Of a stretch of 64,000 nucleotides of DNA, positions 35,401-46,877 are shown piece after piece. The position numbers and the translations under genes are program-made. Each line of letters starts with the position of its first letter. Position 1 is the first letter of the stretch. The notes under the pieces were generated by a model. That model was not told where the DNA came from. It did not search any database and saw nothing but the letters and a program-made list of their open reading frames with translations. Source of the stretch: Paraspadella gotoi. Its lineage: Eukaryota; Animalia; Chaetognatha. The stretch lies in the NCBI GenBank assembly GCA_051294375.1, contig CM119270.1:19864049-19928048 (forward strand), given 5' to 3'.

Positions 35401-35548
35401 GAACGCTTGGCTGCCGGGCAAGGGATGGCTCGAGTTTGGGCCTGGCTTCTTTCTGGCCGGCGTTTTAATCGTGGAAACGTCCGTGGCGACCGCTTTTAAT
35501 TGGAACTATTCGAAAGAGAATTACAACGAACCACCGAAATTGCTGTAG
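29441..35548 (+). CDS. Acyltransferase-3 family multi-pass membrane protein, OpgC/MdoC (glucans biosynthesis protein C)-like; 5 exons, ~600 aa
   Basis: Exons 29441-29899, 33307-33690, 33920-34177, 34603-34925 and 35170-35548 all have GT-AG borders and join in frame. AT3 motifs: RRPDIDAIRV..LLHH, WNMPMFFFLSG, ERYHRLLVP, GWFLVYLF, ASMPFYLIH. Confidence 0.85.
29913..30217 (+). repeat. G-rich minisatellite, ~16-bp unit (GGAAATTATGGGGGTA)n, at the 5' end of acyltransferase intron 1
   Basis: Tandem units are directly visible immediately after the donor at 29900. Confidence 0.9.
30519..30524 (+). promoter_or_regulatory. Candidate TATA box of the nested gene
   Basis: TATAAA lies upstream of a probable non-coding exon ending at a strong donor aag|gtaagc (30617/30618). 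A long poly-T acceptor ends at 30781, 6 nt before ATG 30787. Confidence 0.5.
30787..31724 (+). CDS. Nested micro-exon gene encoding a 119-aa secreted prepropeptide (novel peptide precursor)
   Basis: Coding exons 30787-30838, 31020-31072, 31177-31227, 31333-31371, 31488-31524 and 31597-31724; all GT-AG with phases 1,0,0,0,1 matching. Translation: MKISCLLFLVGIFVVCSG-MPKMKSSINPDMRENTEDGNDFKNDDVTEMEMNEEVQEEIENGFYRELEKEEKNKR-QEDEFIRPPKFIGNRQLNEDDHDLDHDHDHDHDGKLLSDENIEAI*. AATAAA at 31776-31781. Confidence 0.85.
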
Positions 35549-36997
35549 TAATTCAATAGTTATAAACGTAAGTTTTAAGGATGGAATATTAAATGAAGTT
35601 AAAAGGGATTTTTAAAATATTGAACTGAAATGAAATGTTTTGTAACTTTGTGAAATCCGTTTACCACCCACAATTCTAATACGAAAGTACTCAACCGTTT
35701 TTGATTTTTGTAGCGAGTCAAAAACCCGACCATAATTGATTTGCAAATGAGATTAAGAAAACATTGACCAAGAAAATTGTTCAGTTTATTTTTGTCGGGT
35801 TTTATCTTTGACAATTGTGTTGCTGTTGATAGAAGGCAGTTTTTAGCCGTTTTTCAGCATTTTAAAATCTTGAATATTTTCAACATTTCGAAAATGTTCT
35901 CACTGTGAGTCACAGTCTGACTATCCATTTTCACTTTAATTTTATCTTGAATTTTGAGTTAAAATATTAAAATTAGCGAAAGCTGTAACTTTCAAGTTTC
36001 AACAATATTTTTTTAGTTCAACATTATAGTCTTACTTTTTAATTATGATTTAAAATTAAATCAATATTAAATATTGTCCCTAGCAACGAGGTCTTTTGTT
36101 CCCTGACGATGACGCGGATGAGTCGAGGCGACATCGAAAACAAAGTAGTTCCATTGACTCATCATTTCGAAATAACTCGCGTTTTTAAGTAATGTATATG
36201 TATTTGAAATAGCTATGACAATATTTGTTCGAAAAATTAGTTATTAATTCGATTTTTAATTTATTTTGAATCCGATTTTCTTTACCATTGGCCATCCTGG
36301 ACGATATTTTCACAAAGAAAAGAAGAGAAATAAAATTAAGAGGTCGATGATCAAGAAAGAAAAAAGAAAGAAAAAAAGAAAAAAACCTGCTGACTCGCTG
36401 CAGCTCGCTATTCTCGACAATAATTAAAAAAAAGCAGAAATACTGGTTTCATAATCCATTTCTCGTTTTTCGTATCCTATTTCGGGCGATATATAATGTC
36501 CTACATTCAAAATTAAATCCACTGACTCGGTTTTTCCTTTGTTTTTAATGGAAGTTCCTCTAGTATAGTTCGGTATTATATCCAAGAATGTTCTGTTGTA
36601 AGTAATTAGACTTTATGTAAACGTGGCATTTGAATAACATATTATTTGTAATTTGAATACAATCAGATATCACGATTCGCGAGTCTTTGGATCTAACAGC
36701 TACTTCAATCCGAGTGTCTCTGTTGTTGACGAGGCGACTTAATTTATTCGCTTGAATGCTTCTACTTTAAAGTCATTGTGTAGTCAATTTGGATTTAATT
36801 TTGTTTTCGTTACTTTTTTATCAGAAGTGACTCGTGAAAAGGTGATAAACAAACGATATCTTAACACTAACCCACCTTTAAAAAAAAGACTTTTTCAAGA
36901 CTCGGTTTCGAAGCGTCTTCCCGTTCCAGGGCCAAGGCCTCGTCCGCCCAAACGAAGCCCAAACTTTTATTTAAAAAAAAAAGAAAAAAAAAGAAAA

Positions 36998-39779
36998 ATG
37001 CTGCGAATTCGGATGGAGGAAGATAGGAACGCCTATCGATGCTGTTTCTGCTGTCACGTCACGACGGGGACGATACTGCTGGGGCTGTGGCATTTGGTGA
37101 GTGGTGTGGCTGGGGCTGGTGACTGACCCAAGGTTTTTTTGCGAGTGGCTTTGGGCGTGGGGATTTTTTTCTTAATAAATACTTGACCTCAACCTAATCT
37201 GGTCCCACTGACCAGGTGATCCAAATGACGGTGCTGGTCATGTTCTTCGTGATGGTGATGCATCCCGAACTCGAACTCCCGACGCCCAACACCGGTGGCG
37301 CACTAGGGGGCGCCCTCAGATCGAACGTGGAGAAGGGACGCCCTCTTCCAGTTGCGACCCCAGCGCCAGTGTCGGAGGAGGTGGGTGAAGTAGAAGTGTA
37401 TTTAAATAATTAAAAATCTGTTTGTTACTTAAGAATTTGTTAAAAAACGGACATAATTTGCTTTCCATATTAACCCAAATATTTATTTTAAATAGTTTTT
37501 TTAAAAGTAGCCAAAACCCCACTCGGCGAAAGTAAAATTTTACCTTTCGATATCATTTAATACTAGGCTAGAGATGTTAATTAAGCTAACTCTCTCGTTC
37601 ATCAGACGAAAATGTTCGATTCCATCATGTCTCTCTACCTGGACAACAACAGCGGTGACGACGTAGACGCGGGCGGAGACGTCGTCGTCGGCGTCGTCAA
37701 GCCGGCGCCGGACAAAAAAGCGGCGCCCAAGTCCGCCGCCAAGACGACGGGTAAGTTTTGTTAGTAAGTTGAGTGGATGGGGCCGAAAAGGTAAGGTCAA
37801 AGCCGATGCTAATACTTGTGCTAAAACGCCGGAGTTAATTTCCTTTTATTTATTTGTGTCATAATTATGATTGATTTTGGTTTAATTAAAAGACATTTAT
37901 TCAGTATTTTGCGCTGTGTTAGCAATAAATTTCTTTTCTCTCTCCTTTCTCCGTTTTTTTCCTCTTTCCTTTTCTCTCTCTTTCCTTTCCTCTTTTTCCT
38001 TACTTAATTCTTGCTTTTCCTTCCTTTTTTCTTGTTTTTCCGTTTTCTCTCTTCCGCTTTGTTTCCCCCCCCCGTCTCCCTTCTCTCCCTCTTTTCAGCT
38101 GAAGACAAATGCGTGGGGGCGGCGGTGACGGCCTGTTCCCTTGTCATCACGGTGATGCTGATCTACGGTACGGCGCGGGGCCGACCGGGGTATCTGATGC
38201 CCTTCTTTTGTCTCCAAGCCTTTGACTTCTGCATCTCTTGTCTCACCGTCGTCGGGTATCTCTCTTACATGCCGGACATCAAGGCCTGGATCAAGGAACA
38301 GGTGAGGCGTGAATCATTGCGTGAGGACTGACGTGAGAGATATGAATGTTATCACAAGCAACGGGGATTAAATTTATTATTTTCTAACATTAGATTAATT
38401 CTGGTGTCGTAAAAGGGTCCTTTTGGTATCTTTCCTACTTTTCTGTTATCATTTGCCGAATTAAGTCGATAACTACAACTCAATAACCATCAATTTATCT
38501 CCTACGACTTTTGCCCCCTTCTAACTTACCTTTCCCCAGCCGGACCTACCCTACCGCGAAAAGTTGCTGCAGATGCCGCCGCAGTCGCTGGATCTCCTCG
38601 CGATCAGCTTCTTCTTCCTGGTGGTCGTCGTCAAAGCTTACTTTCTCGGGGTGGTTTGGTCCACCTACAAGTACCTGGCCACAAGGTGGGTAGTTCGATC
38701 GGGTGGTTGAGGCAGTTAAATTGGACCTTTGCCCTTTCGCCGAAAAAGCGTTGGTTTCCCTTATGTCATCGAATCAAAATATTTTCTCACAGATGAATTT
38801 ATCGGTCGAAGTTACGTTTAATACTGTTATTCCGCTGTCCCTTCTGACTTCTGTTTCCTCTGTCTTTCCTGTACCCCTCTCCGTTTTTCGCTCCACTTTT
38901 CCAACTCTTTTGATATTGTAAATCACGTAAATCACCCCCTGAATTTTATTATTTTAAATTTGTTTTTTAAATATTTTTGATATCTTTTAATTAGTATTTT
39001 TTTTCTTTTATTTTATATTATTCTATTTTTTATTTTATGTATTTATCAAAGCATTTTAATCATATATAATATATTGAAACAAAAATAATATTATTTGGAT
39101 TTATAAAATATTTTTGCAAGTAACAAAATGTTATTAGTGCCACGGTAACAGTTAAGTTTAAGCCCTTGAAATTTATTTACATGTATTGGCGCAGCCACTG
39201 GTTATCCTTTCGCTTTAATACCTTCCTTCCTCACTTTAATCCCACATTCCTTTATTTCCCTCTTCCTCTCCTTTTCCTCCCAGTTTCTTCTCTTTCTACC
39301 TCCTTTTCTCTCTTTTTCTTTTCTTTCCTCCGCGTAAACCTCCTTCACTTTTACATGCTCTACTTCTTATTCTCACCCTATAATCCTCACCCTCTTCTAA
39401 TCCTCACCTCCTCTAATCCTCACCCTCTTTTCCGTTTCCCCCCCACCCCTTCCCAGATCGTCGGGTCCAGATTCGCGATCGGAAACGATTCCATCTCCTC
39501 TTTACTTTCCTTTGCTGAGGACGACTCGCGTCAACGACGACGACGACAGCGACGATCTCCCGGATCAGCCGGAGGTGATTTTTAAATATTATTTATTATT
39601 ATTTATTAATTCGTTTATCGTTTATCTAGTCTCATTAAATACTCAATATTAACTCTCAGGGCGCCCCTCTTCTTCCGCCGAAATACGAGGACGCCATCAA
39701 AGCCCCGAAGACCGAGGCGCCTCTGGACTCGGTCCCCCCTCCGCCGCCCTACACCCCTTTCGCCCCCGGCCTCTTCTGA
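36998..39779 (+). CDS. LAPTM4: Lysosomal-associated transmembrane protein 4-like (LAPTM4/Mtp family); 7 exons
   Basis: Exons 36998-37096 (RCCFCCHVTTGTILLGLWHL), 37216-37380, 37606-37750, 38099-38301 (MLIYG..YLMPFFCLQAFDF), 38540-38685 (KAYFLGVVWSTYKYL), 39457-39574 and 39660-39779 (LPPKYEDA..PPPPPY, PY motifs). All join in frame. Confidence 0.92.
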
Positions 39780-40299
39780 AGCCTTCGTTCTTGCAAACAA
39801 AAAGGGGGAGAGGAGCGGGGTCGAATTTAAGCCCATCGGGCATGGGAAATTTGGGTCGGGGACAGTCTTTTTGAATCGGGAGGAAGAGAGAGGAGGTGGA
39901 AGAAGAAATGAAGGAAAGGAGAAAAGGGGGGGGGAGGCCCGTAAAAATAAGGGGAAGCGTTTTTTTTTCCGGTCGGAGAAAAAAAATTGAACTCTTCTGC
40001 TTTTTCGTCAGAAAATGACAAAAAATGACAGAAAATGACAAAAAAGAAGCCAAAATTGCGATTTTCGGGCGGGAAGACAAACAACTTTTTTGGGGGGGTA
40101 AACTCGATCACGAATTTTGAATGATTTTTTTTTTTTGTTTTGTTGAGACGAAATCAAGTTTTCTGGGTTGTTTTTTTTAAATTGAATAATCGGTGATTTT
40201 GAGATGAGAAGAAGGAAAATCTGGAATGAAATATTTAAATCTGGAAAGTGTAGCGACTACAGAAGTCTTCATATTATAAAATATCGGGTTATTTTCTGA

Positions 40300-40850
40300 C
40301 ACGACTCGGTTCCCACCAAACTACCTGATGGAAATTTATGAAATTTTACATATCGAGACAGGAGATTTGGTGGCCCGGAGCGGGACCCCTGGGGGTTAAA
40401 AGAAGTTTAATTTTTTTTAAATTTCTTATAAATTTCTTATTTCTTTGGTCGCATCATGTGCATTGATGTCTTAAAAAATCCATCTTAGAACTTAAGTTGA
40501 TGAATTTTCGCTAATTTATCGGTTTTCTCGATTTATTCCAAATCTGATATGAACGTATGAGGTTCATGAACGTTTAAATTCAGATAAACTATTTTTTGGT
40601 GGTAATCAATGCAGTTTTGTGGAAGAGTAATTGTCTATTCAAAAAAAATTTTGCCGATTTTTGTCCCTCTGGGGTAATCCCCTGGCCCCTGGGGGCCTAT
40701 ATCTCGGCTCAAGGGTCAAACATTGAAATTCGCCTCGATGGTTCTATTTGTCAAATTTGAACGAATTTGGTCGAGCAGCGGGGTCGGAACCGTCAGAAAA
40801 CAACCAGATCATTTTATAATAATATTTTATTATATCATATGTTATTTATA
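40300..40850. mobile_element. Possible short non-autonomous repeat downstream of LAPTM4
   Basis: A repeated gg.cccctggggg motif (40382, 40684) and an aaatttgaacgaatttgg segment resemble the HINE-type repeats elsewhere in the window. Support is weak. Confidence 0.25.
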
Positions 40851-41606
40851 TGAAGCCTTCTTTAGTGAATCTTCGTCGTTCGTGTACAGAGAAAAAAAAA
40901 TATTCACTTCTCATCGTAATTGATTTATTTTTCATGCATTTTTTTATTTTTTTTTTTTGAAAAGGAAAACTATTATTTAATTTTTAGAAAATATTTTATA
41001 TAAAAATTTTTCTCGTTTCTGTTTAATTTCTTTAACGTGGTCAAATTGTTATCGGCTTATTTTCATCAAGACGGTACTAACGATAATATAATGTATATTA
41101 CGTATTAATGTTCAAATTAAATGATTACCAGCGCAGATAAAAAACGTCGGAAATTTAGATTTTCAACTAAGAAAAAAAAATTATCGACGTAGGCTGACTA
41201 TGATGAAGCCGATCGTATTTAATAATCTCCAAAAGAAGTTCAATATTAAAGCTGTGAATTGTTATTTTTGGGACGTTAGAAAAAACATGTTAGAATATAA
41301 GTTCGTAATCAGTAGTCACAATAACTTGATGGTTAAGTGTTGATGTATTTGATAACCGATTGTCGCAAGTAGGTGTGTTAAATGGAGATTGTCTTAAAAT
41401 TTAAATGCAAATTCTGGTGGCAAGAATACAGGGAAGAAAACGGGGAAGAAGAATACAAAGTGTGTCAAAAAATGTGAGCGGAAATAATTTGAGCATCGGT
41501 GATTATAAATGATCTCAAAAAAAGTAAATAGTTTAATGTTTGGCTAAAAAAAGCCCGTCATGGCAAATTCCTTTTTTTCCCCCCGAATTTCTCGTCTTGG
41601 GGATTC

Positions 41607-42915
41607 TCACTGTTCCGGTTGTTGAATGACGATGAGGAGGTAATTTCCATCCGGCGCCACCATAATCTCGTGCTTTTTCGACCTCACCTGGGTAAGAGAA
41701 ACGGTGTAGACGAAATGTAGTCTCGTCATCATTCTGCCATCATTGTGATCATGTGTGATTATTTTTGGTAAACTTAAGTGGCATCAAGTTGACCTTATAT
41801 TTATAAGCGCCGCGCAAGCGGGCGTTAATCATACTTTGGTCCAGAACTTTGGATTTCTATTATATAATGGTATAACCTTGTGTTGTATAGATGCTCCCTC
41901 TATTTCATGAAGACAACACTGACTTAGCCTTCCCAAAATGAGTTTATTAGTTTGAAATAGAAAAACATCGATTTGGGAAACGGTGCTATTTTTATTGAGA
42001 CCATGCATTCAAACCATTTAGCTGGTGCATTATTCAAGGCCAGAGAAATTGTGGTGAGGTAAAAAATAAATATATATATTTTATTTTATTTACAAATAAG
42101 AGAAGGTGAGAGGAAGAGGAGGAGACTCAGAGAGAAAGAGAGAGAGAAACTTTCAACCAAAAAGGGATTAATCCCTCATCCCCCTCCCCCCCCCTGTTTT
42201 TCGTTCGCGTTTATTAGTTATAATGATAAGTAAAAAAAATTTAAGAAAGCAATAAATATATATTTAATGAATATAGGTTAAATAGTAAATTCTTCATAAA
42301 ATAGAAAAATAGAAAATAGTGAAACAAGTAGTTTGCAAATTTTCATATGTACAAAATCACGGTTTAGAATCTTCCCGAAAGTAAAAGTTACCCGTACAAA
42401 AAATCCTTACCCTGAGAAAAGTGAGGTCGTTTTGTGGATCAAGATCGCGGACGCAGCTCTTGGCTTTGAGGCCCAATTGGTGCAGGAGGCCAGAATATTG
42501 GACGGTCGTCGAATTGTCCAGCGTCGTGCGGATGGGGATACCTGGTGAAGTGGGTTGTCGGGGGGGGGGGAAGTTGATGAAGGTAAGCAATAGTCGAGGC
42601 GAGGTCTTGACAGAAGAATAAAATTGTAACATGTTAGAGCGAAACTACATTATATTTTTGAAGGACAACGATCGATAGTCTCATTGATTCTTTCCACATC
42701 AAGAGGAACAAAAGGTAAACATTTAAAAAAAAAAGTATAATTTAAAGACATTTTCCCCTTGACTCCCATTGTGAATCGTCTGACATCAAACTTGCGCTCA
42801 AAACTTTATTCCCACGAACCTATCCAATTTCCTTACCCTCATTGTTGACGACGATGACCCCAATGACCCCTTTATGAGCCTGAATCCTCTTGAGAGTCTC
42901 TTCCACTTCGTTCAT
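41607..42915 (-). CDS. DYNLRB: Dynein light chain roadblock-type (LC7), 96 aa; 3 exons
   Basis: Exons 42837-42915, 42411-42541 and 41607-41687 give [96 protein letters not shown]. Confidence 0.97.
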
Positions 42916-44195
42916 GATTCCAAGATCGATCCTTTCCGTTCGATTGTAGAGAAGAGTACAAATATAATGGTAAAGATTGTAAAAGGAGATAGAGGTACAA
43001 CAGATGATTATAAAGGTTGTATACGAATGATGACGGAGGTGGTACTTGAGCCTAAAAGCTCGATCGCCTTGACAACGACTGTTCTTTTTTTTTTTTTACC
43101 AATGGGAGAATTAGCGCCTCAAGTTCACGCTAGTTGTCAGCACTGAATGTATTTGTCGAGAAAAAAATTTAACAAAAGATATTGGTGGTTCGTTAAGAGG
43201 AAAACATGGTTTTAATTTTAAGTTGTTTTATGAACTACGTCGGGATGTTTTTTTAATTTTAAATTTAAACCGTGAGTTAAGAGTTTTGAGATATGAATCG
43301 AAATCCTCGATTAAAATCGATGTCATTTAATTCCTACAAAAACGGAGTAGGGACCTCATGAACGTCAAACAAAGCTGAGATGCAATTTTAAACTTTAATT
43401 CTTACTATTTGCTAAATAAATTATTATTTTTCTCATCACATAAGGACGATTTACGATGATGACAACGACGACATGATTGACATTAGAACTGAGGACGACG
43501 ACGACGGCGGCGGCGGCGGTAGCGATGCAAGCGGCGGAAGCGGTGGCGGCGGCGGCAGCGGATTATCTTTCCTGTCAACGAAATCAAAAACTCGATGAGA
43601 AACTCGAACGGAATATTCATGAAAAGAGCGTGACTTTTTTTTTTCCGAATTTGAAGCGTGACAAGCGTGACAAGCGTGACAGCCGTGACATACGCGTTGA
43701 AGAATTACAGACGCCTCAGCGATTTCTTTGGTGTCATTCTTTGTCAGTTTCTTTCTTTCATCTTCGCCATAGTCCGGCTCTTTCTTGTCATCGTATGATT
43801 ACGGCAGGTAATGGTACAGTTTAGCCTATTAAGCTCTATGCCTCTTAACAAAATAATTCGAGACCCTGCAAAATTAAAGTGTAGTTTATTAATTATTAGT
43901 TTATTAACCTGGCTTCCCTATTATTCATATACGTATCATTCATTTCTGTTACGAGCGGTCTGCGGATTACACTACCTTTTTTCAGGACAAGCATTCGTAA
44001 TATTCTTTTTATACGAAATTATATCCATCACCGCCATAAAAACCTGAAGACCATAAACTGCATTTCCAATAAAATTAAAATAACTAAAATAACTAAGAAA
44101 AACTAAAAATTTTAAATATTGGTCAAAATTGAATTAAATGAAGAAAAAGTTCCAGATGGGTGATAACTCCTCATCTGATTTGCTGCTTAGCCGCT

Positions 44196-44269
<74 letters not shown>

Positions 44270-44527
44270 TTTTTTGCTTTTATTTCTCTCATTGAAAGCT
44301 GTGACAGCCTGTCAATCATGTCGTTAGTCGTTATCACAAATGATGACGACTTTGATGTAGTTTATGATTATTATGACGATAAAGTTAAAGATGAAAATAA
44401 TGTAAATGATGATGATGATAATGACGATAATGATGTTGAAGATGATGATGAAGACGGCGATGATGTCACGTGATTGACTTCCGATTTTTCGATCACTAAG
44501 TGATAAGAATGACGACTATCACCGGAT

Positions 44528-44583
<56 letters not shown>

Positions 44584-46877
44584 ACATGGTGAGGCGATTC
44601 GTCGGTCGAGGCCAATTCCATCACCAGATTCTCAAATCAAAGGGAGACGACGACGATGATGACTGACGTCTTATACACGTGACCGAATGATGGCCCTTTG
44701 ATGTCGCCGATGTTGACGGTGCCATCGGTGTCGTCGTCGTCTTCCTCGTCGTCGTCGTCGTCCTCATTATCAAATGAATCTACTTTGTTCGAGACGAGAT
44801 TTTCCATTGAATTTTCTTGATGAAAAAAAGTTTTTTTTCAAAAAATTAAAATTCGAATTCGAGCAGAAGACTTATCGGTTAAGTGACCATATTTTGTACA
44901 TATAAAAAATAATAAATAATAAATTGTATTATAAAATAAAAATTGAATTATTTTGCATAATTTATCATAATTCGATGTTCTGTCATGATANNNNNNNNNN
45001 NNNNNNNNNNNNNNNTAAGTGGAATGCCCGACAAGATTGGGGGGTGGGGGACCAGACGGAACCGACAAACGTGAATTATAGAGCCGGAATCTGCTGTGAA
45101 GTAAGATTGCCGGATAAAAATAATTTTTTATAATTTCTTAATATTTTTATATAGTGTCTGAATTTTAAAGTTATAAGTTGAGCGCGCGTTTTTTTTTTTT
45201 GGGCACAGGGGAGTGTATAAAGAACTGTATATTCTAATTAAACTAATTGATTGCGGCTGCTCACATAGCTGGATCACTCCTGGCTGCTGAGCTTCGAGAA
45301 GCCCCTACTAAAAATATGAAAAAAATACGTTTGAAAGTTCATTTGGGGGAAAAAAGGTCCAATAGGCTTGAAGGCACCTCGTTGCTCTTTTTGAATTGAT
45401 ATCTCTGGGCTCTCATTATTAAGGCTTTTATTGCCAGCTCTACTAGGTCTAGCACTCCACATATTGGTTCTACTTTTATCAAATTCTTTTAAAATATGTT
45501 TAATAATTTTTAATCTTTTATTGTTTTTTTATTGTTTTATTTGTCTCTCTCTCTCTCTTCTCTTACTTTATATAAAATATATATATATAAATATTGGTCC
45601 TATATTCGTGTTATGCCTATGAGCAGATGAGGCTAGAGAAGTCGAAATGTATAACATCAGATACTAATCGCGATATCATGATATTTGATGAGTTTTTTCC
45701 GTTCATAATTAAATTATGAATATGGTTAGAGCATAAATGTAGCAGACTTAAAAACCACCTTTTGTATCAAACTGTTGATTTAATGTCGCCTTAAGGAGTG
45801 TCTGTACATTGCAACGGCACATAGAACTTTAATAATCTCTCTTTTCAAATCCAAATCTCTCTCTCCTCTCTCTCTCATCTAATCTCTCATCTAGTCTCTC
45901 TCCTCTCTCTCTCTCTCCTCTCCTCTCGTCTCTCTCTCTCTTTCTCATTTTAGGTAATTTTAAACGAGGCTCAGTTCACCGAACTCTCCGCACACTTTTT
46001 TATCACCTGACACTTCTGCGCCCGAAACGGCAGACGACGTCTTTTGCCAGGATGGAACGATTTTCCTAACAAGCGGAAATTGCCCTACCTAATAATATAG
46101 ACGACGGACGGGACATACGGACGGAAGATGGATAGGTGGATCGACGGGGACAAACTATGGGAGGTGACCGAATCTGCAATCTGCAATCTGTAATCTGCAA
46201 TGACCAGATCAAATGATTTCGACTCAATCTTAACTTCTTTATTATTTTAATTAATTTCATATCGTTTTACACTATATTTGTGAAATTTATGAAATGGGAT
46301 AATACAATATTTAATTTTTTTATAATTTTTTTTTACATGTTGAAACATTTTCTGCCATCACATTTAAAATATTANNNNNNNNNNNNNNNNNNNNNNNNNN
46401 NNNNNNNNNNNNNNNNNNNNNNNNNNNNNNNNNNNNNNNNNNNNNNNNNNNNNNNNNNNNNNNNNNNNNNNNNNNNNNNNNNNNNNNNNNNNNNNNNNNN
46501 NNNNNNNNNNNNNNNNNNNNNNNNNNNNNNNNNNNNNNNNNNNNNNNNNNNNNNNNNNNNNNNNNNNNNNNNNNNNNNNNNNNNNNAAGGTTAATAAGAA
46601 AATGAAGAAAAAGGAGAGGACGAGGAAGGAAAAGAAAAAAGAAAAGATGTTATTTCATTGCAGTACGTGGCGGGTGCCGAAAATATACGGAAATACATTG
46701 GCGCAACACAACATTTTAATTTCGGTTTTTATGCGGAAGAAGAAGTAGAAAATAAACAAAGAAGTAGAAGAGTTAAAGAAGAAACAGAATTAAATGATAA
46801 AATACAAAAATACGTTCGTTGATAAGGCGCTAAGTGGGCTGAAGATTTTGGAATTACAAATCTCTAATTGATAAAAA

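Noticed and set aside
29441-35548. Bacterial contamination as the source of the OpgC-like gene
   Set aside because: It has four spliceosomal introns with host-style signals, and gap-free sequence links it to bark and LAPTM4.
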